This document shows, piece after piece, positions 49,561-57,282 of a stretch of 57,282 nucleotides of DNA. This DNA is from a virus (Duplodnaviria; Caudoviricetes). The position numbers and the translations under genes are program-made. Numbering within the stretch: position 1 is the stretch's first letter; every line of letters starts with the position of its first letter. The stretch spans positions 1 through 57,282 of the IMG/VR virus record IMGVR_UViG_3300037780_000037, one strand, 5' to 3'. Under the pieces are notes generated by a model. It was not told where the DNA came from. It saw nothing but the letters and a program-made list of their open reading frames with translations, and did not search any database.

Positions 49561-49722
49561 ATGGCTAAAGGCAAAGGTAAATTAACGCAGGCAGCAAAGA
49601 CCCTCGGATCAGCCGGAGGTAAAAAAGGCGGACCAGCCCGAGCAACAGCCCTTTCAAAATCCCGTCGATCAGCAATCGCAAAACAGGGCGGCAAGGCTAG
49701 ACAGGCCAAGAAAAACGGCTAG
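49561..49722 (+). CDS. 53-aa basic KGG-motif protein (not in ORF track)
   Basis: MAKGKGKLTQAAKTLGSAGGKKGGPARATALSKSRRSAIAKQGGKARQAKKNG; AGGA SD. Confidence 0.7.
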   Translation: MAKGKGKLTQAAKTLGSAGGKKGGPARATALSKSRRSAIAKQGGKARQAKKNG

Positions 49723-49769
49723 AATACATTAGTTGAGTTGGCGCATTCTCTTGGGAGAGGGAATCCGAA

Positions 49770-49805
49770 GCCCCGATATGGTCAAAAGCTGTATCGGGGT
49801 TTTTT
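49770..49805 (+). terminator. Intrinsic terminator
   Basis: CCCCGATATGG...CTGTATCGGGG followed by T6. Confidence 0.85.
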
Positions 49806-49828
49806 CGTAAAAATTCCTAGAAACCCTA

Positions 49829-49857
49829 TTGCAAAGCATAAAACCATCCGATACAAC
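49829..49857 (+). promoter_or_regulatory. Sigma70-like promoter
   Basis: TTGCAA-N17-TACAAC, preceded by AAACCCT as at the 34734 promoter. Confidence 0.6.
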
Positions 49858-49900
49858 CTATAGACAGTTGATGTGACTCCAGCGAGAGTCATTTATCACG

Positions 49901-49953
49901 GGGGCTAGAGGCTGGTGCTTTTCCGGTCCGGGTTCGATTCCCGGTAGCCGCCA
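49901..49953 (+). ncRNA. Minimal D-armless tRNA-like element ending in CCA
   Basis: GGCTA/TAGCC acceptor stem, perfect T arm CCGGG-TTCGATT-CCCGG, one 5-bp/7-nt hairpin, 3' G-CCA. Confidence 0.55.
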
Positions 49954-49991
49954 TTCTGTTAGTTTCGTATCTCTCTCCCAGGAAATTTCTT

Positions 49992-51530
49992 ATGTTACGT
50001 TCAGGACAAGGTGCGTTCGGTTACTTGATAAATAATCTAGTCGATAAAGTATTAGAGTTGGAAACAGATAAGATTACCGTCTTTAAGAATTATCAAAGTT
50101 TCTCGAACATAATGTACGAAATAGCTAGGCATATTAAGGACTATGATTCCTTAAAGCATTCAACCAGCACGCTTGAAGGGTACATCCAACATGAAACTAG
50201 AAAGAATGGCTATGACACGAATGACTTGTTTATTCTGTCAGAAGTAAGTAGGGATAGTAACAGAGACGATAAGTTTTTTCGCACATTAAGTAATGTGCCG
50301 AAACTAGCTACGATGATACGTTCGTATGTCAGTTCTATTCGCAAATGCTTAAATGAAATAATTAACGAAAAAAGACAGGATTACGATGAATTAGAATTTC
50401 AGAAAATTTTGTTCTGTCACATGCAAATTGAAATGTGGTTTTCTCTTATTCGTGATGGTCAAAAAAGCAAAACTACATTCCTGGACAAGTTCCTCGCGGA
50501 AAACATTGGGACCATTCAAAGTACGAAACTAAAGTGTTTGATCACCAACGATTGGCCTAAGTATCGAGGTATGTTTGGTGACCATAATTCTTGTTTCTAC
50601 CCAGGTAGGGAGCACGAAGCTGGGATGCGTGCTGCAATGAGGTTCGGGTACATCGCTAGGTTTTACACTGCTGACGTGTCTAATGATCAGATATTGAGCA
50701 ACCCAGACAATCCGCTGTTAGTTGAAGAACCTCTGGACACGTTGAAGGATTCTAGTCACGATAGAGAGGTTCGAGGTACTGATGGTTGTGCTGGGCGTGT
50801 ATTGATTATGCCTTCAGTAATTACAGAACATTACGCAGACCGATTAATTCCGTTGAATCAACAAGATATCGCAGTTTACAATTGCTATCTTCATGGCAGC
50901 AAATGCCCTTCATTATCGAAGTCTTTAATCGCGGATTGGCTTCGCACTCTTATCCCAGAAAGTTTTAATCACGGTAAAAAAACAATTCAAAGAACAGGAA
51001 ATCTTTACGTCAACAATTCAACTTGTTATGTAGTGTCTTTTACACCTCCGCAGCATGTATCACAAAGGGCTTACGACAAGGGAGTAGTCTACGCAGGTAA
51101 ATATCAAACTGATTTAATCGACGCAGCTTATGAAGTTTTAGATCAGGACGATGATTGGGACGGCTCAGACTTTGACTGGGAAGAATATCTCAATGATTAC
51201 GAAAGCAGTTTAACTGATCTCGCATCAACAGATGAACCACAAGTTACTCAAACAGAGGAACCTTTTTCTGATCAACTGTCGTTACAAAGGGCAAAAAACG
51301 ATTTTGCTAATTCAGTATATCGCGATGTAAGATATGTCATCGGTGATAACCATCAAGAACTGCGAGTACACTTCCTTAATGATACAGACCTATGCGTTCA
51401 TTATGGGGCCGCTCGGATCGGCTTAACCAGAGATTTAATAGCAGCAGGTTGGTTAGGGATGAATCTAACGAACCAAGTTATGTACGTCCGCGAGACTGCT
51501 TACGAAATAAGAAGACGGTTATTGGCCTAA
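49992..51530 (+). CDS. Hypothetical protein; paralog of 1137-2366
   Basis: GDHNSCFYPGR, GRVLIMP, VYNCY and LYVNNS. Confidence 0.8.
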   Translation: MLRSGQGAFGYLINNLVDKVLELETDKITVFKNYQSFSNIMYEIARHIKDYDSLKHSTSTLEGYIQHETRKNGYDTNDLFILSEVSRDSNRDDKFFRTLSNVPKLATMIRSYVSSIRKCLNEIINEKRQDYDELEFQKILFCHMQIEMWFSLIRDGQKSKTTFLDKFLAENIGTIQSTKLKCLITNDWPKYRGMFGDHNSCFYPGREHEAGMRAAMRFGYIARFYTADVSNDQILSNPDNPLLVEEPLDTLKDSSHDREVRGTDGCAGRVLIMPSVITEHYADRLIPLNQQDIAVYNCYLHGSKCPSLSKSLIADWLRTLIPESFNHGKKTIQRTGNLYVNNSTCYVVSFTPPQHVSQRAYDKGVVYAGKYQTDLIDAAYEVLDQDDDWDGSDFDWEEYLNDYESSLTDLASTDEPQVTQTEEPFSDQLSLQRAKNDFANSVYRDVRYVIGDNHQELRVHFLNDTDLCVHYGAARIGLTRDLIAAGWLGMNLTNQVMYVRETAYEIRRRLLA

Positions 51531-51535
51531 AGCCC

Positions 51536-51564
51536 TTGACAAACCCTGCCGATAACCCTACAAT
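51536..51564 (+). promoter_or_regulatory. Sigma70-like promoter
   Basis: TTGACA-N17-TACAAT. Confidence 0.85.
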
Positions 51565-51605
51565 AGAGTTTCATCAGTAAATTCCACTCTCCCCAAGGGA
51601 AACCC

Positions 51606-53093
51606 ATGTTCAACATTTATGACCACGCCGAATCCATTATCCGACGCTGCAACCAGCCCAAAAGCGATCTGCTCGGACACGGCAAGAAAAAAGAAGATTA
51701 CCTGTTCATCCCGTCCAAGTCGCACAAGCCCCGTGCTCTGGCTGTAGCCCACTGCGACACGGTATTCGGGGACATTCCTTCTTCCCAGGAGATGGCTCGC
51801 CGGGAGGCATCAGCCCAAGCAAGTTATCAAGACAAACTCACTAAATTTGAAAATGGTGAGCAGAAGGTTAAGCCTGTTTACTACGCCCCGAGTTTCCTGT
51901 CACCAGCGAGACGTGAAGGCAGTAACAGGATCGTTAGCGGTGCTTTGGACGACCGTTTAGGTGTAGCAATCATCTTAGACATTCTCCCGCATTTTATGCC
52001 TGAGTTTGCTTTCGATATTCTGCTTACTGACGACGAGGAGACCGGAAATTCAACCGCCCGTGACTTCTCTCAGGATTATCTTGCGGGCGGCGAGTGGGGC
52101 GAGTACATCGATAGTCGGTTGCTCAACTACCAGTTCATTTTCGAGTTTGATCGTATGGGTGTTGACGCAGCAACTTACGATTTTGGTAATTCTAAAGCAT
52201 CTAATTTACTTTCCGATACTGGTTGGGAAGAATCACAGGGTTCATTCACTGATATCTGCGATTTAGACTCGTTCGACTTATGGGCTTGTAACTTTGGCTG
52301 TGGTTATCACAATCAGCACACCCGAAGTTGTTCAGTTGATCTACGAGAATTGTACATCAACTTGCTCAAGTTCAGCTATTTTGTAGAAGAATTAGGTGAT
52401 ACGGTTCTGTACAACGAACCCAAACCACGTTATCGGGGCTGGAGTAACGCTTACAACTACAGCAAAAGCAGCAAAGTAGATTCTTATGCTCCTTACGAAA
52501 CTTACGTCGATGATGACGATTACTACAAAGACGAGAAGTACGACAGTTACGTTATCGGGCGACCAAAACCTGCGACACAACCAAGTACAAACAATACCTT
52601 TATTCGGACTACAAATACTGTAGTACAATCAGGTATCAGCTTTTTTCAAGCAGCTATTAAAATTGCTAATCAATTAAAAGTAGCTTATCGTTTAAGTTTA
52701 CTTCATAGTGATCCGGCAACAAAGAAGCTGTATGAAGACAACTTTACTAAAGGGCCTTGTGGTGAGATATTCGTTAAAAATGATCAGTACGACGAATATG
52801 ATGCTGAGTGGCAGGAATACATAAACGCCCTAGCTGAAGCACACCCTAGCATATCTGAACTCATTGACGAGGTTGGATTGGATGAGCCTGATACCGAAGT
52901 TGTTGACGACTCAGTTTTTTATGTTCAAGATGATACCTCCAGGGCTTGGGACGAAACCTGGGATCATTATCGAGATCAGTATGGTGAAGAATCCGATCCA
53001 TATGATGATGACGATGATCAAGCTGTAATTTTCATAGCTGATCCGAAACAAATCGAAGGTGATGATGATGATGAAATCATTACCGCTAAATAA
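51606..53093 (+). CDS. M28/M20-clan zinc peptidase with acidic C-terminal extension
   Basis: AHCDTV, GALDDRLG, DEETG, EFDR.G, GSFTDI and N.G.GYH..HT. Confidence 0.88.
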   Translation: MFNIYDHAESIIRRCNQPKSDLLGHGKKKEDYLFIPSKSHKPRALAVAHCDTVFGDIPSSQEMARREASAQASYQDKLTKFENGEQKVKPVYYAPSFLSPARREGSNRIVSGALDDRLGVAIILDILPHFMPEFAFDILLTDDEETGNSTARDFSQDYLAGGEWGEYIDSRLLNYQFIFEFDRMGVDAATYDFGNSKASNLLSDTGWEESQGSFTDICDLDSFDLWACNFGCGYHNQHTRSCSVDLRELYINLLKFSYFVEELGDTVLYNEPKPRYRGWSNAYNYSKSSKVDSYAPYETYVDDDDYYKDEKYDSYVIGRPKPATQPSTNNTFIRTTNTVVQSGISFFQAAIKIANQLKVAYRLSLLHSDPATKKLYEDNFTKGPCGEIFVKNDQYDEYDAEWQEYINALAEAHPSISELIDEVGLDEPDTEVVDDSVFYVQDDTSRAWDETWDHYRDQYGEESDPYDDDDDQAVIFIADPKQIEGDDDDEIITAK

Positions 53094-53317
53094 CACTACG
53101 AGGGAAAAAGTGGATTCTGAAACAAATTGCACGCAGGTAAGCCGTTCATGGAAAGTCTGGAAGCACGGTCCAAGAAATTACACCGCTAAGCGTGCTGGTG
53201 AACCTGGGTGGCTAGAGCAAACGCGGTTTTATTTTAGCCGCGAATCGCTGGAAGCTGATCTTGGAAAGATGATTTTTGCTGACGAGTTAAAGCGTCAATA
53301 AACCTTTGAGGACTAGA

Positions 53318-53587
53318 ATGGGAAAGTTCAGAAAGAAACCAGTTGAGATTGAAGCGTGGCTATGGGACGAAACAAAAGAGACGTTCGCGATATTGCAAGA
53401 AGCAGGGATGAAATGCGGACATTACGACTCGCACGTCACAGAAAACTTTATCCGGAATATCGGGATAGACACGCTGGAAGGCATGATGAGAGCGGACAAA
53501 GGCGATTGGATTATCAAAGGCATTAAGGGCGAGTTTTACCCGTGTAAGCCTGATATTTTCGCAGCGACATACGATCCGGTTCAGTAG
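53318..53587 (+). CDS. Conserved phage hypothetical protein
   Basis: KFRKKPVEIEA...TLEG.M.A..GDWII.G..GEFYPCKPDIF..TY family motif. Confidence 0.85.
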   Translation: MGKFRKKPVEIEAWLWDETKETFAILQEAGMKCGHYDSHVTENFIRNIGIDTLEGMMRADKGDWIIKGIKGEFYPCKPDIFAATYDPVQ

Positions 53588-53609
53588 TTCAGTTTTTAGT
53601 TTAAGGAAT

Positions 53610-53705
53610 GGGCCGTCTTTGGGTAAGCGTGAGGGTTGTCCCTAAGTCTGGTTAGCAGTCACGAACAGGATAGCTAGTGATCGGGTTCGAGTCCCGAACG
53701 GTCCA
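53610..53705 (+). ncRNA. Non-canonical tRNA-like RNA
   Basis: 7-bp acceptor GGGCCGT/ACGGTCC plus discriminator A; T arm TCGGG-TTCGAGT-CCCGA; no standard D or anticodon arm. Confidence 0.6.
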
Positions 53706-53802
53706 ATGCAGTAATGCCGCGAGATACTGCGATATCAACAATACGCGGGACAGCCGGAGAGACGGCATTTTAACGGTTTAGGTTTTATATCGAGAGAAGA
53801 AA

Positions 53803-53994
53803 ATGAAGGTCTTTAATGCGTTTCAGATTACAGCGGCATTTGTGGCTTGGCCGTTCCTGATCTCTTGGCTTTCGGAAGCCGCATTTCGAGGTGCTTCCGT
53901 GGCATTCTTTGCGGCTTGCGGACTTTACGTTGTGGCATTCTTCGCGATGGTAGCGTCCGTCCATATGTCGATGGCAACGTGGGATAAGTGGTGA
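53803..53994 (+). CDS. Small membrane protein
   Basis: Two hydrophobic helices. Confidence 0.6.
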   Translation: MKVFNAFQITAAFVAWPFLISWLSEAAFRGASVAFFAACGLYVVAFFAMVASVHMSMATWDKW

Positions 53995-53997
53995 TTT

Positions 53998-54216
53998 ATG
54001 GCGAAGCGACTGTGCCCTGTGTGCAGGGTCCAACTTGATCGCGTGCCGCCGTCGAATTGGATGAACTCTGAGCAGTGGGAATCAATGAAAGCGGGCGATT
54101 ACTTTTGTCGAGTTTGTCCCGACAACGGCAGAGGCGGTTCAGGTTTGTGTTATTGGAATGCATCGGAAGTCGATGCAGCAGAGCAGAAGCAAATTGACGC
54201 GATGATGCGTGTTTAG
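53998..54216 (+). CDS. Small zinc-binding hypothetical protein
   Basis: CPVC and CRVC. Confidence 0.6.
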   Translation: MAKRLCPVCRVQLDRVPPSNWMNSEQWESMKAGDYFCRVCPDNGRGGSGLCYWNASEVDAAEQKQIDAMMRV

Positions 54217-54491
54217 TGGCGTATGAAGATATGAGGGAAGAAATGAGATTGGTGAAAAATGAAGACGGAAGTTGGCGAAGCTGGGACAGCTTGCGAGACG
54301 ACGCTACGGATAAAGTTGAGACGATGGAGGTTGTCCCCGTTGATCGGCTAAAAGAACTTGACCAATACTTAATGCAGTCGATAACGGAAGAACGCGGTAA
54401 CGTGGACAGAGGGATTCGCGGAGCTTATCGCGTTGTCGATGCTTTGCGATTTGTTCGCACTAGACTGAATTCTTTGTTTAGCGGCCAATGA
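54216..54491 (+). CDS. Hypothetical protein
   Basis: Coupled ORF. Confidence 0.55.
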   Translation: MAYEDMREEMRLVKNEDGSWRSWDSLRDDATDKVETMEVVPVDRLKELDQYLMQSITEERGNVDRGIRGAYRVVDALRFVRTRLNSLFSGQ

Positions 54492-54527
54492 GATATTGGA
54501 GTCACACCATTTTTAGTCGAGGGGAAG

Positions 54528-54809
54528 ATGAGCAAGCAACAGTTGCATCAAAGTGTTGGGGTCGCTGCCGGTAGCGTCTACGAGCAAAAACGACGAACGC
54601 CCGTTGTTACACTTAGCTTCGTGAAAGACTTTTCGGCATTGGACGACCTAGAAGACGGTCACTACGATCCAGAGGACGGTAGATGGCACAACTTTGCTTT
54701 AACCGTTCGTGCGGCACGGCAAATGATTGCTGATTTAGAGGAAGCTATCGACATTGCGATCAACGAAGGTCAGTTGCCGGAAGGTGCTGACCCTGAAAAG
54801 TGGGAATGA
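54528..54809 (+). CDS. Hypothetical protein
   Basis: GAGGGG SD. Confidence 0.65.
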   Translation: MSKQQLHQSVGVAAGSVYEQKRRTPVVTLSFVKDFSALDDLEDGHYDPEDGRWHNFALTVRAARQMIADLEEAIDIAINEGQLPEGADPEKWE

Positions 54810-54838
54810 AGGTCATATTTACATACTGGGGATAATAG

Positions 54839-55063
54839 ATGACGGTAGATGAAGCGATTGAGCGACTGGAGCAACTGCGTCAGGAACATGGCGGGAGCAC
54901 ACCGTTGTGCGTCGAGAAGGAATCACTAGGATCAGGTAGGGCCAATTTATTTGAGCCCGCCAAAATTGATATCTACAACGCTGTCGAGGTGCCATCCAGA
55001 GACAAGACTCACTGGGTCTGCCTTATGGCCGGAAATAACAAGCAAATTGCGGTTGTGTGGTGA
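54839..55063 (+). CDS. Hypothetical protein
   Basis: MTV.E.IE.L start common in small phage proteins. Confidence 0.65.
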   Translation: MTVDEAIERLEQLRQEHGGSTPLCVEKESLGSGRANLFEPAKIDIYNAVEVPSRDKTHWVCLMAGNNKQIAVVW

Positions 55064-55100
55064 TCCACGTTGACCGTCATAACACTATCGAAGGAATAAC

Positions 55101-55403
55101 ATGCCACTGCGATTGGAGCCAAAGAGACTGCCTTCGCGAATGAAGCACTTGACGCACTCAGACGCATTGCGGTTGCTAGGGAGTGAAGTGTTTATCTACC
55201 GAGAGACGTTTCAGTATGAAGGGCCGGTAGTATTGGATCGTATAACGAAAGCGGGGCATTGTGTAGTACTAAGCAAGTGGCCACTGGAACCCGCGAAGCG
55301 ACCAACGAAGTACATAAACCACAAGCAAGGTGACAGATACCGATCAACGGTCAAGACTTATGCTCTTGCGGTACCAGCGGACTCACCGAGTAACACTAAT
55401 TGA
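55101..55403 (+). CDS. Hypothetical protein
   Basis: AAGGA SD; stop codon abuts the attC-like site. Confidence 0.6.
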   Translation: MPLRLEPKRLPSRMKHLTHSDALRLLGSEVFIYRETFQYEGPVVLDRITKAGHCVVLSKWPLEPAKRPTKYINHKQGDRYRSTVKTYALAVPADSPSNTN

Positions 55404-55406
55404 CGT

Positions 55407-55497
55407 TTAGAACGCTACCAATCACCCGGCCCGCCCCGAGTGATCTTCCATTTCAAACAGACTCGATGGTGGGCTCGGGTGCATTGGTTTGTTCGTG
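55407..55497 (+). mobile_element. Integron attC-like recombination site
   Basis: TTAGAAC...GTTCGTG core sites; imperfect inverted repeat ACCAAT-CACCCG-GCCCGCC / GGTGGGC-T-CGGGTG-C-ATTGGT with two extrahelical bases. Confidence 0.75.
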
Positions 55498-55506
55498 GGT
55501 GCGATT

Positions 55507-55923
55507 ATGAGAGACGTGTGGAACAAAGACCCGGCAGCGTGGGAAGCGTTGACGCTCAATGAGCGACTGGAAGCAATACGCAGGTGGCATTGCACGGGAC
55601 CAAGTGGGCAATGTGCATCGTCGATGAATACTCGCGAAACGCTGAACAGGACGATTCGCGAGGTCCAGCATGAAATGGCGACGGCGAAGAAGCTAAGCTA
55701 TCGCGACGATGAAAGGCTTGGCGAGGCGTTGAGCGTCATGCTTGTGGAGTTGGCAGACGCAAGGGCAGCATGTGCGAGAATGGCGGAAAAACAAGACGAC
55801 GAAGGGATGCGACTGTATCACGAAGGGCAAGCAGACGCGTATCTGATGGTCAAACGTGGTGTGGAAAAACATTTGGCGAAGTTGCCGCAAGCAGAAGACT
55901 GCCGCAGTGTAGGGCCGTTTTAG
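55507..55923 (+). CDS. Hypothetical protein carried on an apparent gene cassette
   Basis: Bounded by GTTCGTGGG (55491) and its reverse complement CCCACGAAC (55927). Confidence 0.6.
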   Translation: MRDVWNKDPAAWEALTLNERLEAIRRWHCTGPSGQCASSMNTRETLNRTIREVQHEMATAKKLSYRDDERLGEALSVMLVELADARAACARMAEKQDDEGMRLYHEGQADAYLMVKRGVEKHLAKLPQAEDCRSVGPF

Positions 55924-56040
55924 TATCCCACGAACGATATTTTCAGGCTGGTTGAATCACACCGAAATTGACGGCCAATACGCGATAGGCGGTGAGAAAT
56001 GGCATTACCAGGAATTAAAACAGCTTAAAAGGAATTAACT

Positions 56041-56268
56041 ATGTTAGTACTAAAAGTGCCAAACCAGAAACATATTTTTATCATAAATAAGGAAACTGGT
56101 GAGCAGATAAAGTTATTAATTAAAAATTCCACACATGCGGGTGTATCAGTATGTATTGAAGCACCCGAAAAATACCGTATATTACGTGAAGCACTTATGT
56201 TAGAAGACAACCCAGGGGAATTTGTTAATGCCAACATTGAGAGAAATAGCAAAAGCAAAATTAATTAA
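56041..56268 (+). CDS. csrA: CsrA/RsmA-like RNA-binding protein
   Basis: MLVL......I.I......I.L......V.V.IEAP....I.RE.L pattern; AAAGGA SD. Confidence 0.7.
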   Translation: MLVLKVPNQKHIFIINKETGEQIKLLIKNSTHAGVSVCIEAPEKYRILREALMLEDNPGEFVNANIERNSKSKIN

Positions 56269-56464
56269 TCAAGCTAAACGCTGTCAATTAATATGCGGCA
56301 GCTTCGATGGTAACTTATGGGTTTGTTTATGTCCTGGACCTGAATCATGCCCATTAACAGCCGAGCAAAGGACCGCTCTCTCCCAGGAAGACGAGGTTCA
56401 ACAACGTATAAAAGAAAACAAATTTCAATATGCAGAGATGATGAATGACCGAACAGATAGTTAA
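56228..56464 (+). CDS. Small Cys-rich hypothetical protein
   Basis: Five Cys; overlaps the end of csrA. Confidence 0.5.
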   Translation: MPTLREIAKAKLINQAKRCQLICGSFDGNLWVCLCPGPESCPLTAEQRTALSQEDEVQQRIKENKFQYAEMMNDRTDS

Positions 56465-56697
56465 TCATTACCAGCCACAGACTATAGCAATGATATACAC
56501 CGTTATCATCTTTGCTCTTGGCTGGGCAGCGGGTGCAGTAACCATTACAGCATTCAGGCATACGTTCATGAGACGTGACAATCATCTTCACCGCTCAAGG
56601 TGAATAAATTCCATAATCCCGGCACTGGTATACGCGAGCATATTACCACCCAAACTGCCACCGATACCAAACCCTCTCCCAACTTTGGAAGCGAAAA

Positions 56698-56970
56698 ATG
56701 GATACTGAACTACGTGATTTTTTAATCGAAAACGGTAGGAAATCTGGCGAGGGTTATTTTGTTAGTTACGAGATTGTAATTTGTACTGGCCCGAAGGGGG
56801 CTGAGTTGGTAGTTGACCATTTCCCAGAGTTGGGTAATCGAATTTGTTTAAGTAGCAGGTCACCCCGATCAGAGTTCAGCGAGCTTCTACTGGCGAACAT
56901 AACAATGCAACAGTTTGTGGCTCTGCTGGCAGCGTTTACCCCAGACTTGCCAAAAACCCCTGAACCATAG
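56698..56970 (+). CDS. Hypothetical protein
   Basis: 90 aa; last ORF before the non-coding terminal region. Confidence 0.6.
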   Translation: MDTELRDFLIENGRKSGEGYFVSYEIVICTGPKGAELVVDHFPELGNRICLSSRSPRSEFSELLLANITMQQFVALLAAFTPDLPKTPEP

Positions 56971-57136
56971 GTATAACAATTGCGGTCTATAGTTAAAAAA
57001 AGACCCACCCACCCCTCTGCTGGTACTGCACGTTAAATAAGGACGCTGTGGTGCCTGCTGAGGGGTTTTCTCGTTTTAGGCTGTGATTACACCAACCCAA
57101 CTCAGAACAACGCACAGACGAGGGCTGAGAGGCTGT

Positions 57137-57282
57137 ATCAACGGCCCCGCCTTCTTCCCAGGGAATCAACGTAGGGCGTAGCTTGACCGCTCAAGCTGAA
57201 TGATTACCAGCCGGGGTTATTTATAAGCCGCGAACGAACCCACTCACCCTACCCCCCCCCCCACCAGAGTGCCCCCTCTACC
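57137..57282. repeat. Direct terminal repeat, right copy
   Basis: ATCAACGGCC...CTCTACC matches 1-147. Confidence 0.95.

Noticed and set aside
49928-49953. tRNA 3' end as an attP site
   Set aside because: I recognised no tyrosine or serine integrase, and the element has its own 5' acceptor strand.
1-57282. Genome-wide stop-codon recoding, suggested by the TGA at 2803 and the tRNA-like RNAs
   Set aside because: Long genes are intact under the standard code, TGA/TAG/TAA all end genes normally, and neither RNA shows a suppressor anticodon arm.

Overview
The window is an apparently complete ~57.1 kb tailed dsDNA phage genome: positions 1-147 recur at 57137-57282. Nearly every gene is on the + strand, and an SF1 helicase is the only convincing minus-strand gene. 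It carries a siphovirus-like, Mu/lambda-flavoured morphogenesis set in an unusual order. The replication block has a family-A polymerase, primase, MCM-like helicase, UDG, exonuclease and Sak4-like ATPase. There is a probable lysis block built round an MMP-like protease, and I found no recognisable integrase. Several clues suggest a Planctomycetota host, but this is inference only. The most notable observations are: (1) a probable virion O-glycosylation system, made of a 60-Ser protein, three glycosyltransferases (one GT-D-like) and an FkbM methyltransferase, bracketed by two paralogous Cys-rich proteins; (2) a genome-wide, strand-biased motif YTYTYTCCCAGGRA in about 24 copies, read in different frames; (3) an integron attC site and an apparent gene cassette in an integrase-less phage; (4) a PhoD-like phosphatase fused to LamG/Ig domains among the virion genes; (5) a PolA with paired E710Q/Y766F-equivalent changes; (6) two non-canonical tRNA-like RNAs; (7) a displaced tail chaperone with a -1 frameshift. 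All protein calls come from motif recognition by eye; no searches were run.
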